This document shows, one piece after another, positions 10,713 to 24,703 of a stretch of 64,000 nt of DNA. Made by a program: the position numbers and the translations under genes. The stretch lies in contig OZ024741.1 in the NCBI GenBank assembly GCA_964016885.1, forward strand, positions 258,974,001 through 259,038,000, given 5' to 3'. This stretch comes from Eledone cirrhosa. Taxonomy: Eukaryota. Each line of letters begins with the position of its first letter. Position 1 is the stretch's first letter. The notes beneath the pieces are model-generated. The model ran no database searches. It was not told the origin of the DNA and worked only from the letters and a program-made list of their open reading frames with translations.

Positions 10713-12819
10713 TAAGCCGAAAGACTCGTAAGCTGAAACACTCGTAAGCCGAAACACTCATAAGTCGAAACACTCGTAAGTCGAAACACACGTAAGCCGA
10801 AACACTGAAACACTCGTAAGCCGAAACACTCGTAAGTCGAAACACTCGTAAGCCGAAACACTCGTAAGCCGAAACACTCGTGAGCCGAAATACTCGTAAG
10901 TCAAAACATTCGTAAGCCGAAACACTCGTAAGTGGAAACACGCGTAAGCCGGAACACTCGTAAGTCGAAACACTCGTACACCGAAACACTCGTAAGTCGG
11001 AACACTCGTAAGTCGAAACACCGTAAGTCAAAACACTCGTATGTCGAAACATCCGTAAATCAGAACACTCGTAAGTCAAAACACTCGTAAGTCGAAACAC
11101 TCGTAAGCCAAAAATACTCGTAAGTCGAAACACCCTTAAGTCAAAACACTCGTAAGTCGAAACACTCGTAAGCCGAAACACCCGTAAGTCAAAACACCCG
11201 TAAGTCGAAACACTCGTAAGTCGAAACACTCGTACGCCGAAACACTCGTAAGTAAAAACATTAGTAAGTCGAAACACTCGTAAGCCGAAAGACTCGTAAG
11301 TCGAAACACTCGTAAGTCGAAACACCCGTAAGTCAAAACATTCGTAAGTCAAAACACTCGTAAGTCGAAACACTCGTAAGTAGAAACACTCGTAAGTCAA
11401 ATCTCTCGTACGCCGAAACACTCGTAAGTAAAAACATTAGTAAGTCGAAACACTCGTAAGCCGAAACACTCATAAGTCGAAACACTCGTAAGCCGAAACA
11501 CCCGTAAGTCAAAACATTCGTAAGTCAAAACACTCGTAAGTCGAAACACCCGTAAGTCAAAACACTCGTATGTCGAAACACTCGTAAGCCGAAACAACGT
11601 AAGTAAAAACACTCGTAAGTCGAAACACCCATAAGTCGAAACACTCGTAAGCCGAAACACTCGTAAGTCGAAACACTCATAAGCCGAAACACTCGTAAGT
11701 CGGAACACTCGTAAATCAGAACACCCGCAAGTCAGAACACTCGTAAATCAGAACACTCTTAAGTCGAAACTCACGTACGCCGAAACACTCTTAAGTCGAA
11801 ACACTCGTAAGTCGAAACATCCTTAAGTCGAAACACTCGTAAGTCGAAACACTCGTAAGTCGAAACACCCGTAAGTCGAAACACCCGTAAGTCAAAACAC
11901 TCGTATGTCGAAACACTCGTAAACCGAAACACTCGTAAGTCGGAACACTCGTAAGTCAGAACACTCGTAAGTCAGAACACTCGTAAGTCGAAACACTCAT
12001 AAGTCGAAACACTCGTAAGTCGAAACACCCGTAAGTCGAAACACCCGTAGGTCGAAACACTCGTATGTCGAATAACTCGTAAGCCGAAACACCGTAAGTC
12101 AAAACACTCGTAAGTCGAAACACTCGTAAGTCGAAACACCCATAAGCCAAAACACTCGTAAGCCAAAACATTCGTAAGTCGAAACACTCGTAAACCGAAA
12201 CACTCGTAAGCCAAAACATTCGTAAGTCGAAACACTCGTAAGTCGAAACACCCATAGCCGAAACACTGGTAAGTCGGAACACACGTAAGTCAGAACACCC
12301 GTAAGTCAGAACACTCGTAAGTCAGCACACTCGTAAGTCAGAACACTCGTAAGTCAGAGCACTCGTATCGAAACACTCGTATGTCAAAACACCCTTAAGT
12401 CAAAACACTCGTACGTCGAAACACTCGTAAGCCGAAACACCGTAAGCCAAAACACTCGTAAGTCGAAACACCCGTAAGTCGGAACACTCGTAAGTCGAAA
12501 CACTCGTAAGTCGAAACACTCGTAAGCCGAAACACTCGTAAGCCGAAACACTCGTAAGTCGAAACACTCGTATCGAAACACTCGTAAGTCGAAACACACT
12601 TAAGTCAAAACACTCGTAAGCCAAAACACTCGTAAGTCGAAACACTCGTAAGTCGGAACACTCGTAAGTCAGAACACTCGTAAGTCAGAACACTCGTAAG
12701 TGGAAACACGCGTAAGTCGAAAGACCCGTAAGTCAAAAATCTCGTAAGTCAAAACACTCGTAAGCCGAAACACTCGTAAGTCGAAACACTCGTAAGTCGA
12801 AACATTCGTAAAGCGAAAC

Positions 12820-12889
12820 GTATAAATAAAGATTAATGTAATGAACTTGAAAAGCATAGATATTTGAAACCGCGTCTATTTGTTATTTT
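12820..12889. repeat. 70-bp cassette copy 4
   Basis: AACTTG/GATATT allele. Confidence 0.95.
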
Positions 12890-14210
12890 CGTAAGTCGAA
12901 ACACTCGTAAGTCAGAACACTCGTAAGTCAGAACACTCTTAAGTCAGAACACTCGTATCGAAACACACGTATGTCAAAACACCCGTAAGTCAAAACACTC
13001 GTAAGTCGAAACACTCGTAAGTCGAAACACTCGTAAGCCGAAACAATCGTAAGTCAAAACACTCTTAAGTCGAAACACTCGTAAGCCGAAAATACTCGTA
13101 AGTCGGAACACCCGTAAGCCGAAACCCTCGTAGGTCGGAACACTCGTAAGTCGAAACACTCGTAAGTCGAAACACCCGTAAGTCGGAACACTCGTAAGTC
13201 AGAATACTCGTAAGTCGAAACACTCGTAAACCGGAACACCCGTAAGGCAAAACATTCGCAAGTCAAAACACTCGTAAGTCGAAACACTCGTAAGCCGAAA
13301 CACTCGTAAGTCGAAACACTCGTAAGTCGAAACACTCGTAAGTCGAAAAACTCGTAAGTCAGTGCACCCGTAAGTCAGAACACTCGTAGTCAGAACACTC
13401 GTAAGTCGAAACACTCGTAAGTCGAAACACCCGTAAGTCGAAACATCCGTAAGTCAAAACACTCGTATGTCGAAACACTCGTAAGCCGAAACACTCGTAA
13501 GTCGGAACACTCGCAAGTCAGAACACTCGTAAGTCAGAACACTCGTAAGTCGAAACACTCGTAAGTCGAAACACCCGTAAGTCGAAACGCCCGTAAGTCA
13601 AAACACTCGTATGTCGAAACACTCGCAAGCCGAAAAACCGTAAGTCAAAACACTCGTAAGTCGAAACACTCGTAAGTCGAAACACTCGTAAGCCGAAACA
13701 CTCGTAAGCGAAAACATTCGTAAGTCGAAACACTCGTAACCCGAAACACTCGTAAGTCGAAACACTCGAAAGCCGAAACACTCGTAAGTCGAAACACTCA
13801 TAAGCCGAAACACTCGTAAGTCGGAACACTCGTAAGTCAGAACACCCGTAAGTCAGAACACTCGTAGTCAGAACACTCGTAAGTCGAAACACTCGTAAGC
13901 CGAAACACTCGCAAGTCGAAGCACTCGTAATCCGAAACACTCTTAAGTCGAAACACTCGTAAGTCGGAACACTCGTAAGTCAGAACACTCGTAAGTCAGA
14001 ACACTCGTAAGTCGAAACACTCGTAAGCCGAAACATCCGTAAGTCAAAACATCCGTAAGTCAAAACACTCGTAAGCCGAAACACTCGCAAGTCGAAGCAC
14101 TCGTAATCCGAAACACATGTAAGTCAAAACACTCGTAAGTCAAAACACTCGTAAGCCGAAACACTCGTAAGTCGAAACACTCGTAAGTCGAAACACTCGT
14201 AAAGCGAAAC

Positions 14211-14280
14211 GTATAAATAAAGATTAATGTAATGAATTTGAAAAGCATAGAGATTTGAAACCGCGTCTATTTGTTATTTT
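14211..14280. repeat. 70-bp cassette copy 5
   Basis: AATTTG/GAGATT allele. Confidence 0.95.
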
Positions 14281-15569
14281 CGTAAGTCGAAACACTCGTA
14301 AGCCGAAACACTCGTGAGCCGAAACACTCGTAAGTCGGAACACTCGTAAGTCAGAACACTCGTAAGTCAGAACACTCGTAAGTTAGAACACTCGTAAGTC
14401 AGAACACTCGTAAGTCAGAACACTCGTAAGTCAGAACACTCGTAAGTCGAAACACTCGTATCGAAACACTCGTATGTCAAAACACCAGTAAGTCAAAACA
14501 CTCGTAAGTCGAAACACTCGTAAGCCGAAACACTGTAAGTCAAAACACTCGTAAGTCGAAACACTCGTAAGTCGAAACACTCGTAAGCCGAAACACTCGT
14601 AAGCCGAAACACTCGTAAGTCGGAACACTCGTAAGTCAGAACACTCATAAGTCAGAACACTCGTAAGTCAGAACACTCGTAAGTCGAAACACTCGTAAGC
14701 CGAAACACCGTAAGTCGAAACACCCGTATGTCGAAACACTCGTAAGCCGAAACACTCGTAAGTCGAAACACCCGTAGTTGAAACACTCGTAAGTCGAAAC
14801 ACCCGTAAGTCGAAACACTCGTAAGTCGAAACACTCGTAAGCCGAAACACTCGTAAGTCGAAACACTCATATGCCGAAACACTCGTAAGTCGAAACACTC
14901 GTAAGTCAGAACACTCGTAGTCAGAACACTCGTAAGTTAAACCACTCGTAAGCCGAAACACTCGTAAGTCGAAACACTCGTAAGTCAAAACACTCGTAAG
15001 TCGAAAAACTCGTAAGCCGGAACACTCGTAAGTCAGAACACTCGTAAGTCAGAACACTCGTAAGTCGAAACACTCGTAAGCCGAAACACCCGTAAGTCGA
15101 AACATTCGTAAGTCGAAACAGCCGTAAGTCGAAACAGTCGTAAGTCGAAACAGCCGTAAGTCGAAACACTCGTAAGTCGAAACACTCGTAAGTCGAAACA
15201 CCGTAAGTCAAAACACTCGTATGTCGAAACATCCGTAAATCAGAACACTCCTAAGTCAAAACACTCGAAAGTCGAAACACTCGTAAGTCGAAACACTCGT
15301 AAGTCGAAACACTCGTAAGCCGAAACACTCGTAAATCGAAACACTCGTAAGTCGTAACACTCGTAAGTCGAAACACTCGTAAGCCGAAACACTCGTAAGC
15401 CGAAACACTCGTAAGTCGGAACACTCGTAAGTCAGAACGCTCGTAAGTCAGAACACTCGTAAGTCAGAACACTCGTAAGTCAGAACACTCGTAAGTCAGA
15501 ACACTCGTAAGTCAGAACACTCGTAAGTCGAAACACTCGTATCGAAACACTCGTAAGTCAAAACACCAG

Positions 15570-16305
15570 ATCAAAAGGTTGAATTTTATGTGCATAACAA
15601 ACACTCCCTGAAACAAATAATAAACATGTAAAGTTTGAAAAAAATCGGTTGGGTACTTCTCGCATTTTAGGGATTCAAACTCACAGACACACACACACAC
15701 ACAGACAGACATCCTCAGGGAAGTGACGTAATGCAGACAGCCAGACATACAGACAGATATTATAAGGGCACGACGTTATATGTATCTATCTAAAAAGAGA
15801 AAGACTAAGAATTATAGAGAGAGATCGCTAAATCGCCTAATGTGGTCCCTAGGGCATTGAAAATTTGAAATATTTTTTGCTCAGAACACTCCCTGAAACA
15901 TAAGTATTACATGTGTAAAGTTCGAAAACAGTCGGTTGGGTGGTTCTCGAGTTTTAACGATTGAAACTCACACACAGACAGACATCCTCAGTTTTATATA
16001 TATAGACTAGCAGAAAACCACCCGGTGAGCGGTTTTCTGCTAGCAAATCTAGTGTATATACTGATATTGTTGAGATTTGGATGAGAAATGTTTTTGGCAC
16101 CACATGTTCACCGTCTCTCGGTGTGTCTTTTATGCATGTATAAATATATATGTTATCTATACGGTGAAATCTTTGAAATAAATATATGTTAAAACGAAAA
16201 AGGAAAAAAAGAGATTAGTGACGGAAATATAAACGTTATGATATAACGATGGAAATATATAAACGTTTACGATAAAACGAAGGAAATAGAAACGTTTATA
16301 TATAA
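15570..16305 (-). mobile_element. ~740-bp cassette copy 5 (type A'), junction at 16007/16006
   Basis: Type A with a 1-bp deletion (CTGAAACAAATAATAA) shared with copies 6 and 7. Confidence 0.7.
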
Positions 16306-18600
16306 TAAGCCAAAAGACTCGTAAGCCGAAACACTCGTAAGCCAAAACACTCATAAGTCGAAACACTCGTAAGTCGAAACACACGTAAGCCGAAACACTG
16401 AAACACTCGTAAGCCGAAACACTCGTAAGTCGAAACACTCGTAAGCCGAAACACTCGTAAGCCGAAACACTCGTAAGCCGAAATACTCGTAAGTCAAAAC
16501 ATTCGTAAGCCGAAACACTCGTAAGTGGAAACACGCGTGAGCCGGAACACTCGTAAGTCGAAACACTCGTACGCTGAAACCCTCGTAAGTCGGAACACTC
16601 GTAACTCAGAACACTCGTCAGTCAGAACACTCGTAAGTCGAAACACCCGTAAGTCAAAACACTCGTAAGTCGAAACACTCGTATCGAAACACTCGTATGT
16701 CAAAACAACCGTAAGTCATAACACTCGTAAGTCGAAACACTCGTAACTCGAAACACTCGTAAGTCGAAACACTCGTAAGTCGAAACACCCGTAAGTCAAA
16801 ACACCCGTAAGTCATAACACTCGTAAGTCGAAACACACTTAAGTCAAAACACCCGTAAGTCATAACACTCGTAAGTCGGAACACTCGTAAGTCGAAACAC
16901 CGTAAGTCAAAACACTCGTATGTCTAAACATCCGTAAATCAGAACACTCGTAAGTCAAAACACTCGTAAGTCGAAACACTCGTAAGCCAAAAATACTCGT
17001 AAGTCGAAACACCCTTAACTCAAAACACTCGTAAGTCGAAACACTCGTAAGCCGAAACACCCGTAAGTCAAAACACCCGTAAGTCGAAACACTCGTAAGT
17101 CGAAACACTCGTACGCCGAAACACTCGTAAGTAAAAACATTAGTAAGTCGAAACACTCGTAAGCCGAAAGACTCGTAAGTCGAAACACTCGTAAGTCGAA
17201 ACACCCGTAAGTCAAAACATTCGTAAGTCAAAACACTCGTAAGTCGAAACACTCGTAAGTAGAAACACTCGTAAGTCAAATCTCTCGTACGCCGAAACAC
17301 TCGTAAGTAAAAACATTAGTAAGTCGAAACACTCGTAAGCCGAAACACTCATAAGTCGAAACACTCGTAAGCCGAGACACCCGTAAGTCAAAACATTCGT
17401 AAGTAAAAACACTCGTAAGTCGAAACACCCATAAGTCGAAACACTCGTAAGCCGAAACACTCGTAAGTCGAAACACTCATAAGCCGAAACACTCGTAAGT
17501 CGGAACACTCGTAAATCAGAACACCCGCAAGTCAGAACACTCGTAAATCAGAACACTCTTAAGTCGAAACTCACGTACGCCGAAACACTCGTAAGTCGAA
17601 ACACTCGTAAGTCGAAACATCCTTAAGTCGAAACACTCGTACACCGAAACACTCGTAAGTATAAACATTAGTAAGTCGAAACACTCGTAAGCCGAAACAC
17701 TCGTAAGTCGAAACACCCATAGCCGAAACACTGGTAAGTCGGAACACACGTAAGTCAGAACACCCGTAAGTCAGAACACTCGTAAGTCAGCACACTCGTA
17801 AGTCAGAACACTCGTAAGTCAGAGCACTCGTATCGAAACACTCGTATGTCAAAACACCCTTAAGTCAAAACACTCGTACGTCGAAACACTCGTAAGCCGA
17901 AACACCGTAAGCCAAAACACTCGTAAGTCGAAACACCCGTAAGTCGGAACACTCATAAGTCGAAACACTCGTAAGTCGAAACACTCGTAAGCCGAAACAC
18001 TCGTAAGCCGAAACACTCGTAAGTCGGAACACTCGTAAGTCGGAACACTCGTAAGTCAGATCACTCGTAAGTCAGAACACTCGTAAGTCAGAACACTCGT
18101 AAGTCAGAACACTCGTAAGTCGAAACACTCGTATCGAAACACTCGTATGTCAAAACACCCATAAGTCAAAACACTCGTAAGTCGAAACATTCGTATGTCG
18201 AAACATCCGTAAATATGAACACTCGTAAGTCGAAACACTCGTAAGTCGAAACACTCGTATCGAAACACTCGTAAGTCGAAACACACTTAAGTCAAAACAC
18301 TCGTAAGCCAAAACACTCGTATGTCGAAACATCCGTAAATATGAACACTCGTAAGTCGAAACACTCGTAAGTCGAAACACTCGTAAGCCGAAACACTCGT
18401 AAGTCGAAACACTCGTATCGAAACACTCGTAAGTCGGAACACTCGTAAGTCAGAACACTCGTAAGTCAGAACACTCGTAAGTGGAAACACGCGTAAGTCG
18501 AAAGACCCGTAAGTCAAAAATCTCGTAAGTCAAAACACTCGTAAGCCGAAACACTCGTAAGTCGAAACACTCGTAAGTCGAAACATTCGTAAAGCGAAAC

Positions 18601-18670
18601 GTATAAATAAAGATTAATGTAATGAACTTGAAAAGCATAGATATTTGAAACCGCGTCTATTTGTTATTTT
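18601..18670. repeat. 70-bp cassette copy 6
   Basis: AACTTG/GATATT allele. Confidence 0.95.
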
Positions 18671-19037
18671 CGTAAGTCGAAACACTCGTAAGTCAGAACA
18701 CTCGTAAGTCAGAACACTCTTAAGTCAGAACACTCGTATCGAAACACACGTATGTCAAAACACCCGTAAGTCAAAACACTCGTAAGTCGAAACACTCGTA
18801 AGTCGAAACACTCGTAAGCCGAAACAATCGTAAGTCAAAACACTCTTAAGTCGAAACACTCGTAAGCCGAAAATACTCGTAAGTCGGAACACTCGTAAGT
18901 CAGAACGCTCGTAAGTCAGAACACTCGTAAGTCAGAACACTCGTAAGTCAGAACACTCGTAAGTCAGAACACTCGTAAGTCAGAACACTCGTAAGTCGAA
19001 ACACTCGTATCGAAACACTCGTAAGTCAAAACACCAG

Positions 19038-19773
19038 ATCAAAAGGTTGAATTTTATGTGCATAACAAACACTCCCTGAAACAAATAATAAACATGTAAA
19101 GTTTGAAAAAAATCGGTTGGGTACTTCTCGCATTTTAGGGATTCAAACTCACAGACACACACACACACACAGACAGACATCCTCAGGGAAGTGACGTAAT
19201 GCAGACAGCCAGACATACAGACAGATATTATAAGGGCACGACGTTATATGTATCTATCTAAAAAGAGAAAGACTAAGAATTATAGAGAGAGATCGCTAAA
19301 TCGCCTAATGTGGTCCCTAGGGCATTGAAAATTTGAAATATTTTTTGCTCAGAACACTCCCTGAAACATAAGTATTACATGTGTAAAGTTCGAAAACAGT
19401 CGGTTGGGTGGTTCTCGAGTTTTAACGATTGAAACTCACACACAGACAGACATCCTCAGTTTTATATATATAGACTAGCAGAAAACCACCCGGTGAGCGG
19501 TTTTCTGCTAGCAAATCTAGTGTATATACTGATATTGTTGAGATTTGGATGAGAAATGTTTTTGGCACCACATGTTCACCGTCTCTCGGTGTGTCTTTTA
19601 TGCATGTATAAATATATATGTTATCTATACGGTGAAATCTTTGAAATAAATATATGTTAAAACGAAAAAGGAAAAAAAGAGATTAGTGACGGAAATATAA
19701 ACGTTATGATATAACGATGGAAATATATAAACGTTTACGATAAAACGAAGGAAATAGAAACGTTTATATATAA
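19038..19773 (-). mobile_element. ~740-bp cassette copy 6 (type A'), junction at 19475/19474
   Basis: Apparently identical to copy 5 at an offset of 3468 bp. Confidence 0.7.
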
Positions 19774-22068
19774 TAAGCCAAAAGACTCGTAAGCCGAAAC
19801 ACTCGTAAGCCAAAACACTCATAAGTCGAAACACTCGTAAGTCGAAACACACGTAAGCCGAAACACTGAAACACTCGTAAGCCGAAACACTCGTAAGTCG
19901 AAACACTCGTAAGCCGAAACACTCGTAAGCCGAAACACTCGTAAGCCGAAATACTCGTAAGTCAAAACATTCGTAAGCCGAAACACTCGTAAGTGGAAAC
20001 ACGCGTGAGCCGGAACACTCGTAAGTCGAAACACTCGTACGCTGAAACCCTCGTAAGTCGGAACACTCGTAACTCAGAACACTCGTCAGTCAGAACACTC
20101 GTAAGTCGAAACACCCGTAAGTCAAAACACTCGTAAGTCGAAACACTCGTATCGAAACACTCGTATGTCAAAACAACCGTAAGTCATAACACTCGTAAGT
20201 CGAAACACTCGTAACTCGAAACACTCGTAAGTCGAAACACTCGTAAGTCGAAACACCCGTAAGTCAAAACACCCGTAAGTCATAACACTCGTAAGTCGAA
20301 ACACACTTAAGTCAAAACACCCGTAAGTCATAACACTCGTAAGTCGGAACACTCGTAAGTCGAAACACCGTAAGTCAAAACACTCGTATGTCTAAACATC
20401 CGTAAATCAGAACACTCGTAAGTCAAAACACTCGTAAGTCGAAACACTCGTAAGCCAAAAATACTCGTAAGTCGAAACACCCTTAACTCAAAACACTCGT
20501 AAGTCGAAACACTCGTAAGCCGAAACACCCGTAAGTCAAAACACCCGTAAGTCGAAACACTCGTAAGTCGAAACACTCGTACGCCGAAACACTCGTAAGT
20601 AAAAACATTAGTAAGTCGAAACACTCGTAAGCCGAAAGACTCGTAAGTCGAAACACTCGTAAGTCGAAACACCCGTAAGTCAAAACATTCGTAAGTCAAA
20701 ACACTCGTAAGTCGAAACACTCGTAAGTAGAAACACTCGTAAGTCAAATCTCTCGTACGCCGAAACACTCGTAAGTAAAAACATTAGTAAGTCGAAACAC
20801 TCGTAAGCCGAAACACTCATAAGTCGAAACACTCGTAAGCCGAGACACCCGTAAGTCAAAACATTCGTAAGTAAAAACACTCGTAAGTCGAAACACCCAT
20901 AAGTCGAAACACTCGTAAGCCGAAACACTCGTAAGTCGAAACACTCATAAGCCGAAACACTCGTAAGTCGGAACACTCGTAAATCAGAACACCCGCAAGT
21001 CAGAACACTCGTAAATCAGAACACTCTTAAGTCGAAACTCACGTACGCCGAAACACTCGTAAGTCGAAACACTCGTAAGTCGAAACATCCTTAAGTCGAA
21101 ACACTCGTACACCGAAACACTCGTAAGTATAAACATTAGTAAGTCGAAACACTCGTAAGCCGAAACACTCGTAAGTCGAAACACCCATAGCCGAAACACT
21201 GGTAAGTCGGAACACACGTAAGTCAGAACACCCGTAAGTCAGAACACTCGTAAGTCAGCACACTCGTAAGTCAGAACACTCGTAAGTCAGAGCACTCGTA
21301 TCGAAACACTCGTATGTCAAAACACCCTTAAGTCAAAACACTCGTACGTCGAAACACTCGTAAGCCGAAACACCGTAAGCCAAAACACTCGTAAGTCGAA
21401 ACACCCGTAAGTCGGAACACTCATAAGTCGAAACACTCGTAAGTCGAAACACTCGTAAGCCGAAACACTCGTAAGCCGAAACACTCGTAAGTCGGAACAC
21501 TCGTAAGTCGGAACACTCGTAAGTCAGATCACTCGTAAGTCAGAACACTCGTAAGTCAGAACACTCGTAAGTCAGAACACTCGTAAGTCGAAACACTCGT
21601 ATCGAAACACTCGTATGTCAAAACACCCATAAGACAAAACACTCGTAAGTCGAAACATTCGTATGTCGAAACATCCGTAAATATGAACACTCGTAAGTCG
21701 AAACACTCGTAAGTCGAAACACTCGTATCGAAACACTCGTAAGTCGAAACACACTTAAGTCAAAACACTCGTAAGCCAAAACACTCGTATGTCGAAACAT
21801 CCGTAAATATGAACACTCGTAAGTCGAAACACTCGTAAGTCGAAACACTCGTAAGCCGAAACACTCGTAAGTCGAAACACTCGTATCGAAACACTCGTAA
21901 GTCGGAACACTCGTAAGTCAGAACACTCGTAAGTCAGAACACTCGTAAGTGGAAACACGCGTAAGTCGAAAGACCCGTAAGTCAAAAATCTCGTAAGTCA
22001 AAACACTCGTAAGCCGAAACACTCGTAAGTCGAAACACTCGTAAGTCGAAACATTCGTAAAGCGAAAC

Positions 22069-22138
22069 GTATAAATAAAGATTAATGTAATGAACTTGAA
22101 AAGCATAGATATTTGAAACCGCGTCTATTTGTTATTTT
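22069..22138. repeat. 70-bp cassette copy 7
   Basis: AACTTG/GATATT allele, 3468 bp after copy 6. Confidence 0.95.
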
Positions 22139-24703
22139 CGTAAGTCGAAACACTCGTAAGTCAGAACACTCGTAAGTCAGAACACTCTTAAGTCAGAACA
22201 CTCGTATCGAAACACACGTATGTCAAAACACCCGTAAGTCAAAACACTCGTAAGTCGAAACACTCGTAAGTCGAAACACTCGTAAGCCGAAACAATCGTA
22301 AGTCAAAACACTCTTAAGTCGAAACACTCGTAAGCCGAAAATACTCGTAAGTCGGAACACCCGTAAGCCGAAACCCTCGTAGGTCGGAACACTCGTAAGT
22401 CGAAACACTCATAAGTCGAAACACCCGTAAGTCGGAACACTCGTAAGTCAGAATACTCGTAAGTCGAAACACTCGTAAACCGGAACACCCGTAAGGCAAA
22501 ACATTCGCAAGTCAAAACACTCGTAAGTCGAAACACTCGTAAGCCGAAACACTCGTAAGTCGAAACACTCGTAAGTCGAAACACTCGTAAGTCGAAAAAC
22601 TCGTAAGTCAGTGCACCCGTAAGTCAGAACACTCGTAGTCAGAACACTCGTAAGTCGAAACACTCGTAAGTCGAAACACCCGTCAGTCGAAACATCCGTA
22701 AGTCAAAACACTCGTATGTCGAAACACTCGTAAGCCGAAACACTCGTAAGTCGGAACACTCGCAAGTCAGAACACTCGTAAGTCAGAACACTCGTAAGTC
22801 GAAACACTCGTAAGTCGAAACACCCGTAAGTCGAAACGCCCGTAAGTCAAAACACTCGTATGTCGAAACACTCGCAAGCCGAAAAACCGTAAGTCAAAAC
22901 ACTCGTAAGTCGAAACACTCGTAAGTCGAAACACTCGTAAGCCGAAACACTCGTAAGCGAAAACATTCGTAAGTCGAAACACTCGTAACCCGAAACACTC
23001 GTAAGTCGAAACACTCGAAAGCCGAAACACTCGTAAGTCGAAACACTCATAAGCCGAAACACTCGTAAGTCGGAACTCTCGTAAGTCAGAACACCCGTAA
23101 GTCAGAACACTCGTAGTCAGAACACTCGTAAGTCGAAACACTCGTAAGCCGAAACACTCGCAAGTCGAAGCACTCGTAATCCGAAACACTCTTAAGTCGA
23201 AACACTCGTAAGTCGGAACACTCGTAAGTCAGAACACTCGTAAGTCAGAACACTCGTAAGTCGAAACACTCGTAAGCCGAAACATCCGTAAGTCAAAACA
23301 TCCGTAAGTCAAAACACTCGTAAGCCGAAACACTCGCAAGTCGAAGCACTCGTAATCCGAAACACATGTAAGTCAAAACACTCGTAAGTCAAAACACTCG
23401 TAAGCCGAAACACTCGTAAGTCGAAACACTCGTAAGTCGAAACACTCGTAAGCCGAAACACTCGCGAGCCGAAACACTCGTAAGTCGGAACACTCGTAAG
23501 TCAGAACACTCGTAAGTCAGAACACTCGTAAGTTAGAACACTCGTAAGTCAGAACACTCGTAAGTCAGGACACTCGTAAGTCAGAACACTCGTAAGTCGA
23601 AACACTCGTATCGAAACACTCGTATGTCAAAACACCAGTAAGTCAAAACACTCGTAAGTCGAAACACTCGTAAGCCGAAACACTGTAAGTCAAAACACTC
23701 GTAAGTCGAAACACTCGTAAGTCGAAACACTCGTAAGCCGAAACACTCGTAAGCCGAAACACTCGTAAGTCGGAACACTCGTAAGTCAGAACACTCATAA
23801 GTCAGAACACTCGTAAGTCAGAACACTCGTAAGTCGAAACACTCGTAAGCCGAAACACCGTAAGTCGAAACACCCGTATGTCGAAACACTCGTAAGCCGA
23901 AACACTCGTAAGTCGAAACACCCGTAGTTGAAACACTCGTAAGTCGAAACACCCGTAAGTCGAAACACTCGTAAGTCGAAACACTCGTAAGCCGAAACAC
24001 TCGTAAGTCGAAACACTCATATGCCGAAACACTCGTAAGTCGAAACACTCGTAAGTCAGAACACTCGTAGTCAGAACACTCGTAAGTCAAACCACTCGTA
24101 AGCCGAAACACTCGTAAGTCGAAACACTCGTAAGTCAAAACACTCGTAAGTCGATAAACTCGTAAGCCGGAACACTCGTAAGTCAGAACACTCGTAAGTC
24201 AGAACACTCGTAAGTCGAAACACTCGTAAGCCGAAACACCCGTAAGTCGAAACATTCGTAAGTCGAAACACCCGTAAGTCGAAACAGTCGTAAGTCGAAA
24301 CAGCCGTAAGTCGAAACACTCGTAAGTCGAAACACTCGTAAGTCGAAACACCGTAAGCCAAAACACTCGTATGTCGAAACATCCGTAAATCAGAACACTC
24401 CTAAGTCAAAACACTCGAAAGTCGAAACACTCGTAAGTCGAAACACTCGTAAGTCGAAACACTCGTAAGCCGAAACACTCGTAAATCGAAACACTCGTAA
24501 GTCGTAACACTCGTAAGTCGAAACACTCGTAAGCCGAAACACTCGTAAGCCGAAACACTCGTAAGTCGGAACACTCGTAAGTCAGAACGCTCGTAAGTCA
24601 GAACACTCGTAAGTCAGAACACTCGTAAGTCAGAACACTCGTAAGTCAGAACACTCGTAAGTCAGAACACTCGTATCGAAACACTCGTAAGTTAAAACAC
24701 CAG

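Larger units (their letters stand above)
1400..10900. repeat. Higher-order tandem duplication, period ~5.15-5.29 kb (cassette A + 70-bp cassette + cassette B); boundaries approximate
   Basis: Matching landmarks at offsets 5155 (2038/7193), 5227 (3775/9002), 5243 (4305/9548) and 5291 (4683/9974). Confidence 0.85.
15420..22360. repeat. Near-perfect tandem duplication, period 3468 bp; boundaries approximate
   Basis: Constant 3468 offset for the long cassette (15570/19038), the 70-bp cassette (18601/22069) and the ORF landmarks. Confidence 0.92.

Noticed and set aside
15512-15748. ORF MSGCLHYVTSLRMSVCVCV… and the hydrophobic ORF tails at 2038-2319
   Set aside because: These are translations of microsatellite and AT-rich cassette sequence. 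They are frameshifted among copies and show no recognisable domain such as Rep/helicase or transposase.
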